Source: Vicugna vicugna (Eukaryota). From it: DNA of 64,000 nt. The translations under genes were made by a program, and so were the position numbers. The number at the start of each line of letters is the position of its first letter. Within the stretch, counting starts at the first letter, position 1. Where the stretch lies: NCBI GenBank assembly GCA_013265495.1, contig MU057724.1:310001-374000 (forward strand), written 5' to 3'. Below, one piece after another: positions 1 to 11,036 of the stretch. The notes under the pieces were generated by a model. The model did no database searches. It was not told where the DNA came from and worked only from the letters and a program-made list of their open reading frames with translations.

Positions 1-177
1 AACAATCACTGTGAAGTGGTTAATAGGTAGACGATAAACTCTTAGAGGCTTTCTGTAAAATTTGAAGTGTTTCCTCAAGTTCACTTTCCCATAAAGGCAG
101 CACACGGACTGCGCAGCTGTCCCTGGCCTGACGGAAGGACACTGAAGCCCTGGCCCAGCGGAGGACAGAGGGCCCAC

Positions 178-367
178 CTGCTCGCCCGCGCTCTCCGCCA
201 TCCTCATCCTCATGGAGAACCTGCAGCCGGCGATCAGGGACCACACGTCTCCAGCCGGGGCCTGCACGTCCACCTCTTCCCCAGAGCCCCCGTCTCCGCC
301 CGCGTTCACACCGCCATCGTCTGGAAGAAGACTAAGCTTCTCCTCTATTTTGCTGAGAAAGAAACAT
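178..367 (-). CDS. PRKDC: DNA-PKcs exon ~69 (190 nt)
   Basis: CFFLSKIEEKLSLLPDDGGVNAGG...SLIAGCRFSMRMRMAESAGEQ; acceptor gtgtag, donor gtgggc. Confidence 0.95.
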
Positions 368-1839
368 CTACACAAAACAAAGAAGAGTAAGAGTTAGTGC
401 CAGACTCACGAGAGGAGGCTCCGACACACAGGCCGCTGCGGGGCGGGGTCAGACGGAGGGCGCACGGCTGGTAAACCCGCCCTCGTCTTCAGACTAGGAC
501 GCTCACGCCCGCCGCAGGATTCACGCTGCATTCTGACGAGCCAAGTCTTGGAAGATCACCAAGGATATTTCAACAGAATTCCCAGGTGCCATTTATTGCT
601 TCCACCTCCACAAGGTAAAGATTCAGTCACAACCTGCTCTCTTAACAAGCAGACAGCACACTGGGTTGTACGTCAGGTCAACACCGCCTTTCTCCTTTTT
701 TCTCCAAATCTAAGGTCCCCCCCGAAGGTGGACGGTGTCAGCAGCGGACAGGTTAGAGCCACGTGGAATGGCACAGATGAGGCCGCACTGCTGAGAGGCC
801 GTCTGTATCACAACCCACACGCCCGACTTGGCTCCGTGACTCTGTTTCCATTATTTTCACGGTCGGTAACACTGACGAGGGGCCTTAACGTGAAAATTCA
901 CCCCAGTGAGTGACCAGCTAACCCTCTGTTCACCCAGGGGCTAGCTCCCATTCTCTCGGGAGCGCTGCGGCATGTCTCATGCCCCCGGGATCTCCCGCTC
1001 CAGTCACGGACCTGCTCTGCGCTCCTCCCCGCCCCCTCCCGCCCAAGGGCCAGGCAAGGGAGCTGGTGCGAACCAGGTACTCGGTACCGCCCAGAGACGG
1101 AGGGGCGGCTGAGGCAGGAGGCTGCGCTGCGGCGTGAACGGGGCTCACGGTTAGGGTGGTGGGGGCCAGGAGGACACGTCCTCTCCCTCTCCCAGGGGCC
1201 TCCTCCTGGCTCTGAAGAACACACTCTGCTCCAGGCGGCCGAGTAAGGAAGCCCCGGGGAAGCAACAAAGTGAACACAGGCAGGACTGTTTCGGCACCTG
1301 CCATTCCTGGGTCAGCCTGGGAGAAGGAAGCCAGGAAGGGCACCCTCTTCCCCAAAACAGCAGAGCCCCGGGTCTGGCCCTGCCCGTGTCCTGCTGCTGC
1401 TAACCAGTGGCAGCGCTGGTCAAAACGCAGCCCCGCGCACCCCGCACTGGCCCACCGGCCGTGGAAGGTTCGCCACCGGACGGGCTCCTGTTCTCTTCCT
1501 TACATGAGGGGCCCTCAACAAGGCCGCCCCGGGGACCAAGGGTCTGACAGTCCCTGAAGCGCAGCGCCTGGAGAAACCGAGCACGGCAGTGGGAACGGGG
1601 TCCGAGCCAGAGAAGGAGCCCCAGCCCCGAACATGAAGCCACAGGGGCCGCAGCGACCGGACGCCATGTGTGCAGAGCTGACTGAGAACTGAACCGAGCC
1701 TGAGGCAGCAGAGAGCAGGACAGAGCCCACGTCCCAGTGTGACCGGGCTGACCGCCTGCCGGGCAGAGCAACTAATGTCGTCCTGGGAGCCGCACAGGGA
1801 CTCGGAGTCCACGCCAGGGAACATCCACATTTGCTACGA

Positions 1840-4800
1840 TACAACCCAAAATTAATGGATGTTCAAAGAACCAAGGAAACGTATCCATTTTCAGTGGAAA
1901 GGACAAGGAAGCAGGCATCAACTCCAAGCTGACCCACAGGCTGGAAGGGTCGTGTAAGGGCCCTAACACAGCTATTTTAACTATCGCCAATGAGCCAAGA
2001 AAATACACACGGAATAAATGAAAAGGCAGGGATCTCTGTAGAGAGAGAGTGTAACAAGAGCTAAATGGATATTTTATTGAAAAATACAATACCTGAAATA
2101 GAACATTCACTGGACTGACTTAAGAGGAAACAACAGTGCGTCAGAAGGCAGCCCGACAGAGATGACGTGTCCTGAAGGGCGAGGGGAAACCAGACTGAAG
2201 ACAAGTGAAGAGAGCCTCGGGGTCTCACATGTGTGTGACTGGCATCCCACAGAGAGAGAAAACCTGGGGCAAAAGACCCTGAAAAACAGTAACAGAAAAC
2301 TCCCCAAATTTGGGGACATAGAGGCACAGATTCAAGAAGCTTAGTGAAGCTCAAACTGGATAAATCCTGAGGGAAACGCAAATCAAGACCACAGCGAGCC
2401 ACCACCTGACACCTGCCGACTGGCTGTCACCAAAAAGACCACAAGCACCACGTGAGGCGGGGGCGTGGGAAAGGGAGCCCACGGGCACCGCTGGTGGGGT
2501 GTGCACCTTGCAGCCCCTGTGGGAGACAGCAGGGAGGGGCCTCAAGAAGGTGAAAACAGAACTGCCACGTAATCCAGCAACCCCGCTGCTGGGTGTTCAT
2601 CTGCGAAAAACAAAAACACTACTTTGAAAAGATACACGCACCTCAGTGTTCACAGCAGCATTATTTACAATCGTCATGACATGGAAGCAACTTAGGTGTC
2701 TGTCAGCAGATGAATGGATAAAGCAGATGTGGTGTGTGTGTGTATATATATATGTATATATGTGATGGAATACTATTCAGCCATAAAAAAGAATGAACGT
2801 TGCCAATTGTAGCCACATGGGTAGACTTGGAGAGTATTATGCTAAGTGAAGTAAGTCAGACAAATACTGTATGATGTGGAATCTTAAAAGTACAACAAAC
2901 TAGGGAATATGACAAAAAAGAAGCAGATTCACAGATACTGAGAACAAACTAGTGGTTACCAGTAGGGGGGAGGGGCAATAAAGCGTGGGAGATACAGACT
3001 CCTGGGTGTAAGACAGGCTCAAGGATGTCTTATACAACACGGGGAACACAGCCAATATTTTGTAATAACTGTAAATGGAAAGCAACCTTTAAAAACTGTA
3101 TAAAAACTTAAAAATTTTTTTTAACTTAAAAAAAAGTTTTTTTTGAAAGAATACTATCACAGTTAAGTTGTTAAATCCGGGTGTTACAAGGTAGTTTGTG
3201 TAAGCCTTATGGTAACCACAAAGAATGAACCTGCAGTAGGTACACAAAAGGGTATGATAAAGAAGTCAAGGCACACCAAACAAAAGGTCATCAGATCACA
3301 CAGGAGGAGAGGAGGGGAAGCAGCCAGAGGTAACACGCCCACAGAGACGTCAGAGGACAACCAGCAAAACGGAGCAGTAAGTCCTGACCCGTCGGGAGTC
3401 CCTGAAACGTAAAGGGGTTGGATCCTCCACGTAAGAGACACAGAATGGCTGAGCGGGTAAAACAAGGCCCGACGGCATGCTGCCTACAGGAGACTCACTT
3501 CCGCCGTGACGACAACACCGCCAGAGCAAAGACAAGAAAGAGGTTCCACACAGACAGTGGCCCGGGTGGAGCAGGGTGAGCTGCACCGTATCAGGCAGAG
3601 GAGACTTCACGCTGAGAACAGCAAGAAGACGCAAAGAAGGTCCTTTCATGACGATACGGGGCCAATCTGTCAAGAAAACTTAACGGCTGTAAATACGTGT
3701 GCGCCCGCATCGCGGCACCTGCGTGTACCAGGCAAACACGAGCACAGCTAGCAGGGAAAACAGCAACGCAGTGACGCTCGACACCCCACATCCAACAAGG
3801 GACGGGCCTCCCGACAGAGAGTCGGTGAGGAGACAGCCGGCCCGAACAGCACTGCAGACAACACGGCCCCGACAGACGTACGCACAACAGAGGAGACAGA
3901 GGATGCGACCAGTTCCACGCATGCAGGAACCGCATCTGACGAAATTCAACACCCGTTCATGACAAAACAAAACTGTGAGGAAACCAGTATGCGAGCAGCA
4001 AATAGTTGGAAAGTATAAGAAAAACTCTCCACTTACAGCATTAAACACTGAGGAACAAATCTGGCAAGAGACATCGAAGACCTCCATACTGAAGAACACA
4101 AATCACTGAACTTAAACAGGACCGAAGTAGACAGACACGCCCCACATCCGTGACTTCAAGGGCTCCGTGTTGTTGGACGGCAGTTCCCAAAGCCGACCTA
4201 CACTCGGTCAGATCCCAAACTCTGGGTTTTGGGTTTTTTGGGTAGAAACTGACAAGCAGATTCTAAGATGCATCTATAACTACAAATAAAAGAAAAGCAT
4301 TTTTTATAAAGAAAAGCAGAGTTGGAGAGCTCACCCCCGCCCTGTCTGCGTCAAGTGACAGTAATGAAGACAGTTTGATCTTGTGAAGAGAGATGCAGGC
4401 AAGTCAAGGAACAGAACGCAGCGCTCAAAACCAGACCACACACACGTGGTCACCGATTTTCAGAAAACGGTGCCAAAGGCCACTCAATGGCAACAAGGAA
4501 GACTTTCGAACGAGTGGGACTAGACAAGCAGATAGCCACGTGGAGACAGCGGACATCTACCCCCATCTTGTACCATCTACAAGAACTACGTTCTGCTGGA
4601 GCATAGACCTAAATGGTAAGAACTAAAACTAACATTTCTAGAAGAAAACAGAAGGGAGGACTTCTGCAAGACGAGCCTGGAGTACCAGCTCGAGGGGTCT
4701 CCCACCAGCCACATCCGGGACAACCTGAACACGAAATAAATACTACATTCCACGACATAAACTGGAATCCATGCTCCTGCGTTGATAGTTAACACTTGAG

Positions 4801-5600
4801 AAAATGAGTAAACACGCAGATGGGGGAGACGGAAGGGTGCTCCCTACATGTGAGCGAGGAACGTGAGCGAGCGTCTTACGAGAGGCGAGACGCGGCGCGT
4901 CTCCAGCGTCTCCCACGCTGATGACCGCTGCAGAGGGAGAAGCGCGGGCCTTGCACACGGGGGAGCGCGGGCATCGCCAGCAAAGCCAGGCAGACATGCT
5001 GTGCTTCCAGATGTGATGCCGCAGGACGAGGACCCCAGCAGTACCGGGCCCAGCGCATCACCTGAGGGTGAAGTCAGCCACGAGGACACACGGACCAAAG
5101 CAACCTGAGGGGAACGCCTCGAGTGTCAGTGTCACGAGGGACGGCCGAGGAGCTAACTGTCCCCGACTAAAGGAGACCGAGGAGACCTCCCAACTAAATG
5201 CGAGCACGACTCTGCACGGGGTCCCGTCCCAGGAGAGGAGAAAGTGCTTGAAGCTCACCAACGGGACAGCTGACGACACTGGAGCTGAGGCCGCAGGATG
5301 AAATGAAAACAGACGCCACTGCGGCGCTGCGGCTCTCGTGCGCCCTTCTCTTAGGGAAGGTGACTGGTAAGAGGCAGAGACGCTCGTGTGCAGCTCACCC
5401 TGCGGTGGCTCAAAGAACACACACGCGTACATGGAGAAAGAGAACAAAGCTAATGCGGCGTGATGTCGAAATGTTAAAAACTGTGAATCTGGGTAAAAGG
5501 CGCACAATGGAGTTCTGCTTTTCTTGCAGCTTTTCTACAGATAAGAACATATCTCAAAATAAAAAGTTACAAAAGTTTAAAAAATCAAAAGTATAAAAAG
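1840..5600 (+). mobile_element. Cluster of nested, degraded LINE-1 fragments (ORF1-like, ORF2-like, 3' UTR)
   Basis: A-rich plus strand with L1-like motifs, e.g. gattcaagaagcttagtga (ORF1-like) and gagagtcggtgaggagaca (ORF2-like); boundaries approximate. Confidence 0.75.
2375..3135 (+). mobile_element. LINE-1 3' end (ORF2 C-terminus, 3' UTR, A-rich tail)
   Basis: gtgttcacagcagcattatttacaat, gatgaatggataaag, gatggaatactattcagccataaaaaagaatgaa, attatgctaagtgaagtaagtcagaca. Confidence 0.9.
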
Positions 5601-6091
5601 GACATTTTTAAAAAGCTGTAGTAGCAGAGGAAACGGTATGACTCGGGGTCACAGTCCTTCAGTCCCGCGTGCTGTGTGCATCTGCACACAATCATCACAA
5701 CCTCGTCTCTGAAGTGCACGTTACCATCTGCCTGCAGACGTCCCGGGGCGTGAAATAATCTCAGACCTGCGGAAGCGTGAATACAGCCGCGTGGCGGGAG
5801 GCGGGAGGCGCAGAAACCCAGTTGTGACAGCAGAACAGGAAGCTGTGACGCAGCTCCGCTCTGCTGCCGCTTCAGTCCCCAACACTCAGCCCCGAGGCAG
5901 GAGCAGGACCCGGCTTCTCTCCCCACGGGCGCATCCGCAGCCACAGGGAGCTTCGGCAGAACAACCGCAGTGGAAGCTGGCCCCCACAAGGCTCAAACCC
6001 CCCCGTTTTCCTACACCACAGTTGGAGAGAAACGCTACTCTGGCAACTTCAGGAAAGAATCCAAATTCAGCTCAAAAGGCTCACGTCTCAC

Positions 6092-6203
6092 CGGTTCATG
6101 ATGACGTCGTCCCAGACGTTCACGGGGTCCACTTTAGCGTCCGGATACCTGTTCATCCAGGCTCTCAGGAGTCTCTTAAGGGGAGCTTGAGATGACAAAT
6201 TAC
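6092..6203 (-). CDS. PRKDC: DNA-PKcs exon ~68 (112 nt)
   Basis: [36 protein letters not shown]; acceptor ttttag, donor gtgaga. Confidence 0.96.
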
Positions 6204-6784
6204 CTAAAAATAATATTCGGGTGTGACTATCCCACGGGTTGGTGAGAAGACCGACTTACAACGAGCAGCTGCCAATGGCGAACAGAAACTTCATTCACAT
6301 TTCTTGTCCAAATTAAAACATTGTCTCAACTTTCACAGCAGGAGCACAAAGTTACCATTTAATATTTTCTGACGGTGAAACTCAGTTTCTTAAGGCTACA
6401 GAGGAAAGATGAGAAAGTAAGAGTTTTCGCATTCGGCACAGGTCCACAGTCCTCCACCCACAATTCCAAAATCTAAAAAGCGCTGAAAACTGACAAGTTT
6501 CTCACAGCACTGCACCCGTTTTCTGGCTGGCAAAATCTGACCCGAGTCACCACAGGGCAACCCTGTGCGCGCCAGGCATGGGAACGCCCGCAGCGCCTGC
6601 CGTCGGCACTGCCAGGCCGGTGCTCAAGGCCGCATCACAGCGGCAGCACCCACACGGCCTGGCTCCGAGCCCTTGGAAGAGCAGTTCACGAGAACCCACA
6701 TGGGACTTAAATCCCATGCTGCTAAAGCTGAGCAATTTGGTCTTCTCTCTGCTGGAGGGAAAGCAGTGCTGAGACCACAGCGTA

Positions 6785-6910
6785 GGTCAGACAGTCCTGA
6801 GCTCGGAGTCAGGTTCCTCACATGTGAGCTCAGGTGACTTATCTAATCTAAGCCCTTATAACATGAGGAGAAAGACTCCACCTCGTGAGAGGGTTAAAAA
6901 CTAGGAAATA
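6785..6910 (+). mobile_element. MIR-like SINE fragment
   Basis: gacagtcctgagctcggagtcaggttcctcacatgtgagctcaggtgacttatctaatc resembles the MIR core. Confidence 0.45.
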
Positions 6911-7535
6911 AAGAAAAGAGAGTTCGCTGCTGGAGCGGTGCATCGCCGACAACACGCACGCAGATGATTCTCCAAGTTCAAAGCTGAGAACAGTTGGGCA
7001 GACAGTTCTGAACGCCAGTTTTTATTAGTTCTCTGAAAAGTGTTTCATAACTATTTTTAATTATTTAGCACAAAAATGGGAATTCAGATTTACAACTAAA
7101 ATATGTTACTGTTGTGAAGACGTACTTTTTCCCTTGGACCCTGGGGGGCCCCCATCAGCGGCCCCCCACCTCCTCCTGCACCCACAGAACCTGCAGCACC
7201 TCCAGGTGGGCCGGCCCTCTGTGAGCCCCGCTCCCTGGACCAGGCAGGTTCTGTCCCCACCTCTCCTGTGGGGTCCTGTGCTCGCCTCTGTCCCACAAAT
7301 ACCACGTGGTGCTGATCACTCACGACCTGCAGCTTCCTCAGTGCCCAGAACAGCACCCGACCATTTTAAACATTTATTTCGACGACCTCAAAATACGTGT
7401 TTGTACAATAAACTCCAGGCAGTTCCTAAGCCACACATTAAGAAGCGTGTGCTTTCACTAAACAAGAAGATCACATGCAGACACTCTTCCATGATTATAA
7501 AAGGAAAAAACACAGTAGGGACACATGAAACATAC

Positions 7536-7644
7536 CTTCTTTGCTAATAAAGCTGATGAACTCCTGAATTTCGATCAAAGTTTGTACAGACTGCAATTTG
7601 GTGAGTCTGCTTCTGTGCAACAGGACGTCAATACTAGAGTAATT
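7536..7644 (-). CDS. PRKDC: DNA-PKcs exon ~67 (109 nt)
   Basis: [36 protein letters not shown]; acceptor ttccag, donor gtatgt. Confidence 0.96.
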
Positions 7645-8372
7645 CTGGAAAAAAGTTATTCAGCTTTGTTTACAAGTCAGCTTACGTTTTAGATTTTAAC
7701 ACAGTTCTTGAGGACAATATGAAATACAGCAATTATGCTGCAAATGCATCGCACAGCCTGCCTCAAGAGGTTCATAATCAGGCCACCAGAGCAACTGACA
7801 CATGGCCTAAATTTGCTTAAACGTAGGCTTTCAATCACATTTCAGCTCAACAAAATCAGTAAAAGCAATAAAATCAGGAACACACCACCTCTGTTGACAC
7901 CTATTCTTAAAAATGACAACCTCCTGTGATGTAAGGCTGCCAACTACAGAAGCCAGTTTTCCTTCTTCAATAGACTTCCTCTCGAGTGCACTAATCAGCC
8001 TAAAATTTGTTTAAAAACTAAAATAAAGACAGTGAATGTCAATTTACGCCAGTGACAAAGGTTACCAGAGTCTATACAGGACGCGGCCCTTAGAGAATGA
8101 GCCGACAACAGAGGCAGAGGCCCAGGTGGGGACACGGCCCGCAGACCCCTCCCTGCCCGGCCGCACGGGGGGAGGGTCTGCAGTGAGAGGAGGAAACCCA
8201 AGGGAAGACAGAAGGCGGAACCTCTGCAAGGCACCATCACAGAGGCCAGCGTGCAGAGGGATCAGCGGAGCCAAGTGCAGGGGAGGAGGGCAGGCGTGGA
8301 CTGCCGTGCACGAGGTGCTGCCTGGGAAGCGTCGCAGCAACGGCACGTTTCGGGTTGGTGCACCTGTGTTAC

Positions 8373-8597
8373 CTGCATGAAAACCTGAATGCAGTTTTCG
8401 ACGTAGTACTTGGCACGGTCGACGTCATCCTGCAGGATGCAGAGGAGGCTCAGCTCCTGGCCGTGGTGCAGCTCCAGCAGGGCGCGCCGGGGCGCCAAGG
8501 CCCCCGCCTCGTCCACGAAGGTCAGCAGGGACTGGTCGCGCCCTCCCAGGAGCAGCCCCTTCAGCTTGCTGCGGATCATGTGGGGCAGGTAGGTCTC
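8373..8597 (-). CDS. PRKDC: DNA-PKcs exon ~66 (225 nt)
   Basis: [13 protein letters not shown]...[19 protein letters not shown]...FMQ; acceptor cctcag, donor gtaaca. Confidence 0.96.
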
Positions 8598-9168
8598 CTG
8601 AGGAGCACAGATCCTGCCTGTGACGCCGGGAAGCGGACCTGCGTCACCCCGTGCTTTTACCACCACGAGACCTTTGGTATAATTTAACAGGTCAAGGTTT
8701 AGAGCCAAACTGATGGCGTTGGATGCTTCAAACCTAAAACTACAATTTTAAAAACATTTTCATCTGAAATTGCTCACTTTACAACCACAGAGTAAACAAG
8801 GATGGGAACTACTTTGAGCTGAAAGACAGCTGGACGTCGGGTGTGGCGCAAGCGGCCTCCAAGCACAGCCGAGAGCGACGTGCGAGGGGCCGGCCTGCTG
8901 CCCCAGCACAGACGCAGCAGGAGTCCCTCCGAGCAGCCACACCAGGAGGTGACGCTCACTTCTAACGTGCCCGCTTACTGTGAAAGGTTAGCTACAAGCA
9001 GTAAGCAGTCTAACAGGAACACAGAGTTTGGGGGGAAGTTGGTTTATGCAAGTATCCTAATAGTCACAACCACCACCTTGTTTTGAAACGCTTTAAGCAA
9101 CTTCACGAACGAGAAACACAGGCGACCCAGAAGGGGCCTTCAGTGACCGCAGAACGGATTCCACGCAC

Positions 9169-9357
9169 CTGCCAGGACGGCTCACTCCACATTTTATTCA
9201 GGTCCGGGGGGTTCTCGCTGGCAACAACGGCTGTGGAACAGTAGGCCAGTGACCTCCACTCGGCAAGCTGGTTGTAACAGTCGAGGGCTGCGAGTTCCCA
9301 GAAGTCCTTCTCAGCGTCCGAGGGCTCGCCATCCGCCCACTCCTGTCTGTTGAGAGC
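9169..9357 (-). CDS. PRKDC: DNA-PKcs exon ~65 (189 nt)
   Basis: [34 protein letters not shown]...[16 protein letters not shown]; acceptor acccag, donor gtgcgt. Confidence 0.96.
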
Positions 9358-10070
9358 CTGGTGGAGGAGAGGCTACATCAGCACAAAGGAGAACGCCTGC
9401 CTGGAGGTGGAGTAGCCCCCACACCCAGAACCGCCATTCAGAGGAGGCCGAGGAACCTGGGAGGAATTAACACAACGACGAAGATAAAAGCCCCACCAGG
9501 AGGCAGCCCTACCGATGAAGCCAGTTAATAAAGCGAAGCCATTAAATGGCTCGTAATCTGCTTTACATACTGTGCATTATTTACTACTTAGAAAGTTCTT
9601 AGAGTGAAAATGAAAAAACAGGACATTTACGAACCCGCAGGAGAATCTACCCCCACCAGTCCCCACAGGCCACAGCCCCCGAACTTCCAGGACGTCCCTG
9701 CTCCACACCCTCGCCCCAAACACAACATGTGCAAAACCGAGCTGAGTCATCTTCCCAAAACCAACTCTTGCTCAAAGAGAAGTTACATGACAGGTTCCGA
9801 TACTGAAACAGCCTCTGACAATTTCATAGTGCTTGCTAGGAAACGCTTTCTGCTTTCTCTCTTATTCAACGATGATTTCTTAAAAAGAGTAAGAGGTACA
9901 ACAAAGACGAGCTCACACGTGGTTACTATGAAACCATTCTCTACTACTAACCTTGGTGGAAACGCTAAGGAATAAGGCTGGAACATTACGAAGCTCTGAA
10001 TCCTGACGCTAACAGTTTTTCCATTCAGCAGAAAGTGCAACAGCCAACAGCGGCTGGAGACCAGCGTTAC

Positions 10071-10209
10071 CTCATTGTAACGCTCAGCGGCTTCAGAATA
10101 GTCACTTCTTGCTTCTGCTGACAGCGCGTCCTGAGTGACCGGCTTTGTTCCTATCTCACTGCTGAAGATCCCACGGAGGGTGTCATACTCTCCAATTGAC
10201 CTGTACAGT
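10071..10209 (-). CDS. PRKDC: DNA-PKcs exon ~64 (139 nt)
   Basis: [22 protein letters not shown]...[16 protein letters not shown]; acceptor tcatag, donor gtaacg. Confidence 0.96.
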
Positions 10210-10830
10210 CTATGAGACAAATTTTTAAAAAGTCCAAATCAGCAAATACCCCAGTATTTCTAAAGTCTTCTTTCTAATGAAATGACGTTAAATCAAGATG
10301 TTACACGTTATATTAGCTAAAAAAGATATGTTATTTTTGTTTTATAAAAATACAGTCTTAAAAACGAAGTCACCATTAAATTATACAACTTTAGCCAGAC
10401 AGAAGGCAGAAATTATTCTAAAGTGCATTTAAATAAAAACCTGAAAAGGTCATAGGTTTACAGTGTATAAACTGACTTATTAAACGAGCCTGTTCCGTGT
10501 TAGACTGTCACAGTAACACTGCACGTCTGTGGTAGCCTACGTGGCACCCTTGTCTAGCCCTAAAATTTGGAATGTGCTCAAGAACCCAGAAGCTGGTGAC
10601 AATTAATCCTGGTCCTACAACTCCTGCCAGCCTCACTGCCAGTCTCTGACACGAACCAAAGTCTGCCCTGCCCGCGGCCCAGCCTCCCCCGTTTAAGACA
10701 GCGGCAGTGACAACTGTTCCTGGGGCGTGGGGCACGTTGCTGTCAGCTTTATGTGTTGCTTTTCTGTCAAAGTGAAGCTGAGGTGTCCCATCACTGTGGG
10801 CCCCTAGTAGGGTCGGGGCGCAGGGCTTAC

Positions 10831-11036
10831 TTTGCAAGTTCCATCCATCGGGCAGTATCAGGAGGGAGGCCAGGCGTCCCCCGAGCCCGCTTGGCGGGCG
10901 GCTCCTGGGGCGCCAGGTGCAGCAGGGCCTCCTCCAGGAGGCGGATGCCCCCGGGCTGCTGCAGGCTGGCCAGGCTGCTGGTGCTGACAGCTGCGGGGTC
11001 AAGGCTCAGCAGATCGGCGTGTGTGCAGCTCACCTC
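10831..11036 (-). CDS. PRKDC: DNA-PKcs exon ~63 (206 nt)
   Basis: [18 protein letters not shown]...[10 protein letters not shown]...RWMELA; acceptor ttgcag, donor gtaagc. Confidence 0.96.

Noticed and set aside
1..21. Minus-strand NHFTVIV, faintly like the start of the next exon (NNFSLAM)
   Set aside because: No AG acceptor immediately upstream (ctatt) and similarity is poor; the next exon probably lies beyond the window edge
6435..6560. Possible DNA-transposon (MER-type) fragment; AT-rich tracts near 31080-31310, 55440-56200 and 58200-58540 also looked like old transposon remnants
   Set aside because: I could not identify terminal inverted repeats or a family by eye; this needs a Dfam search
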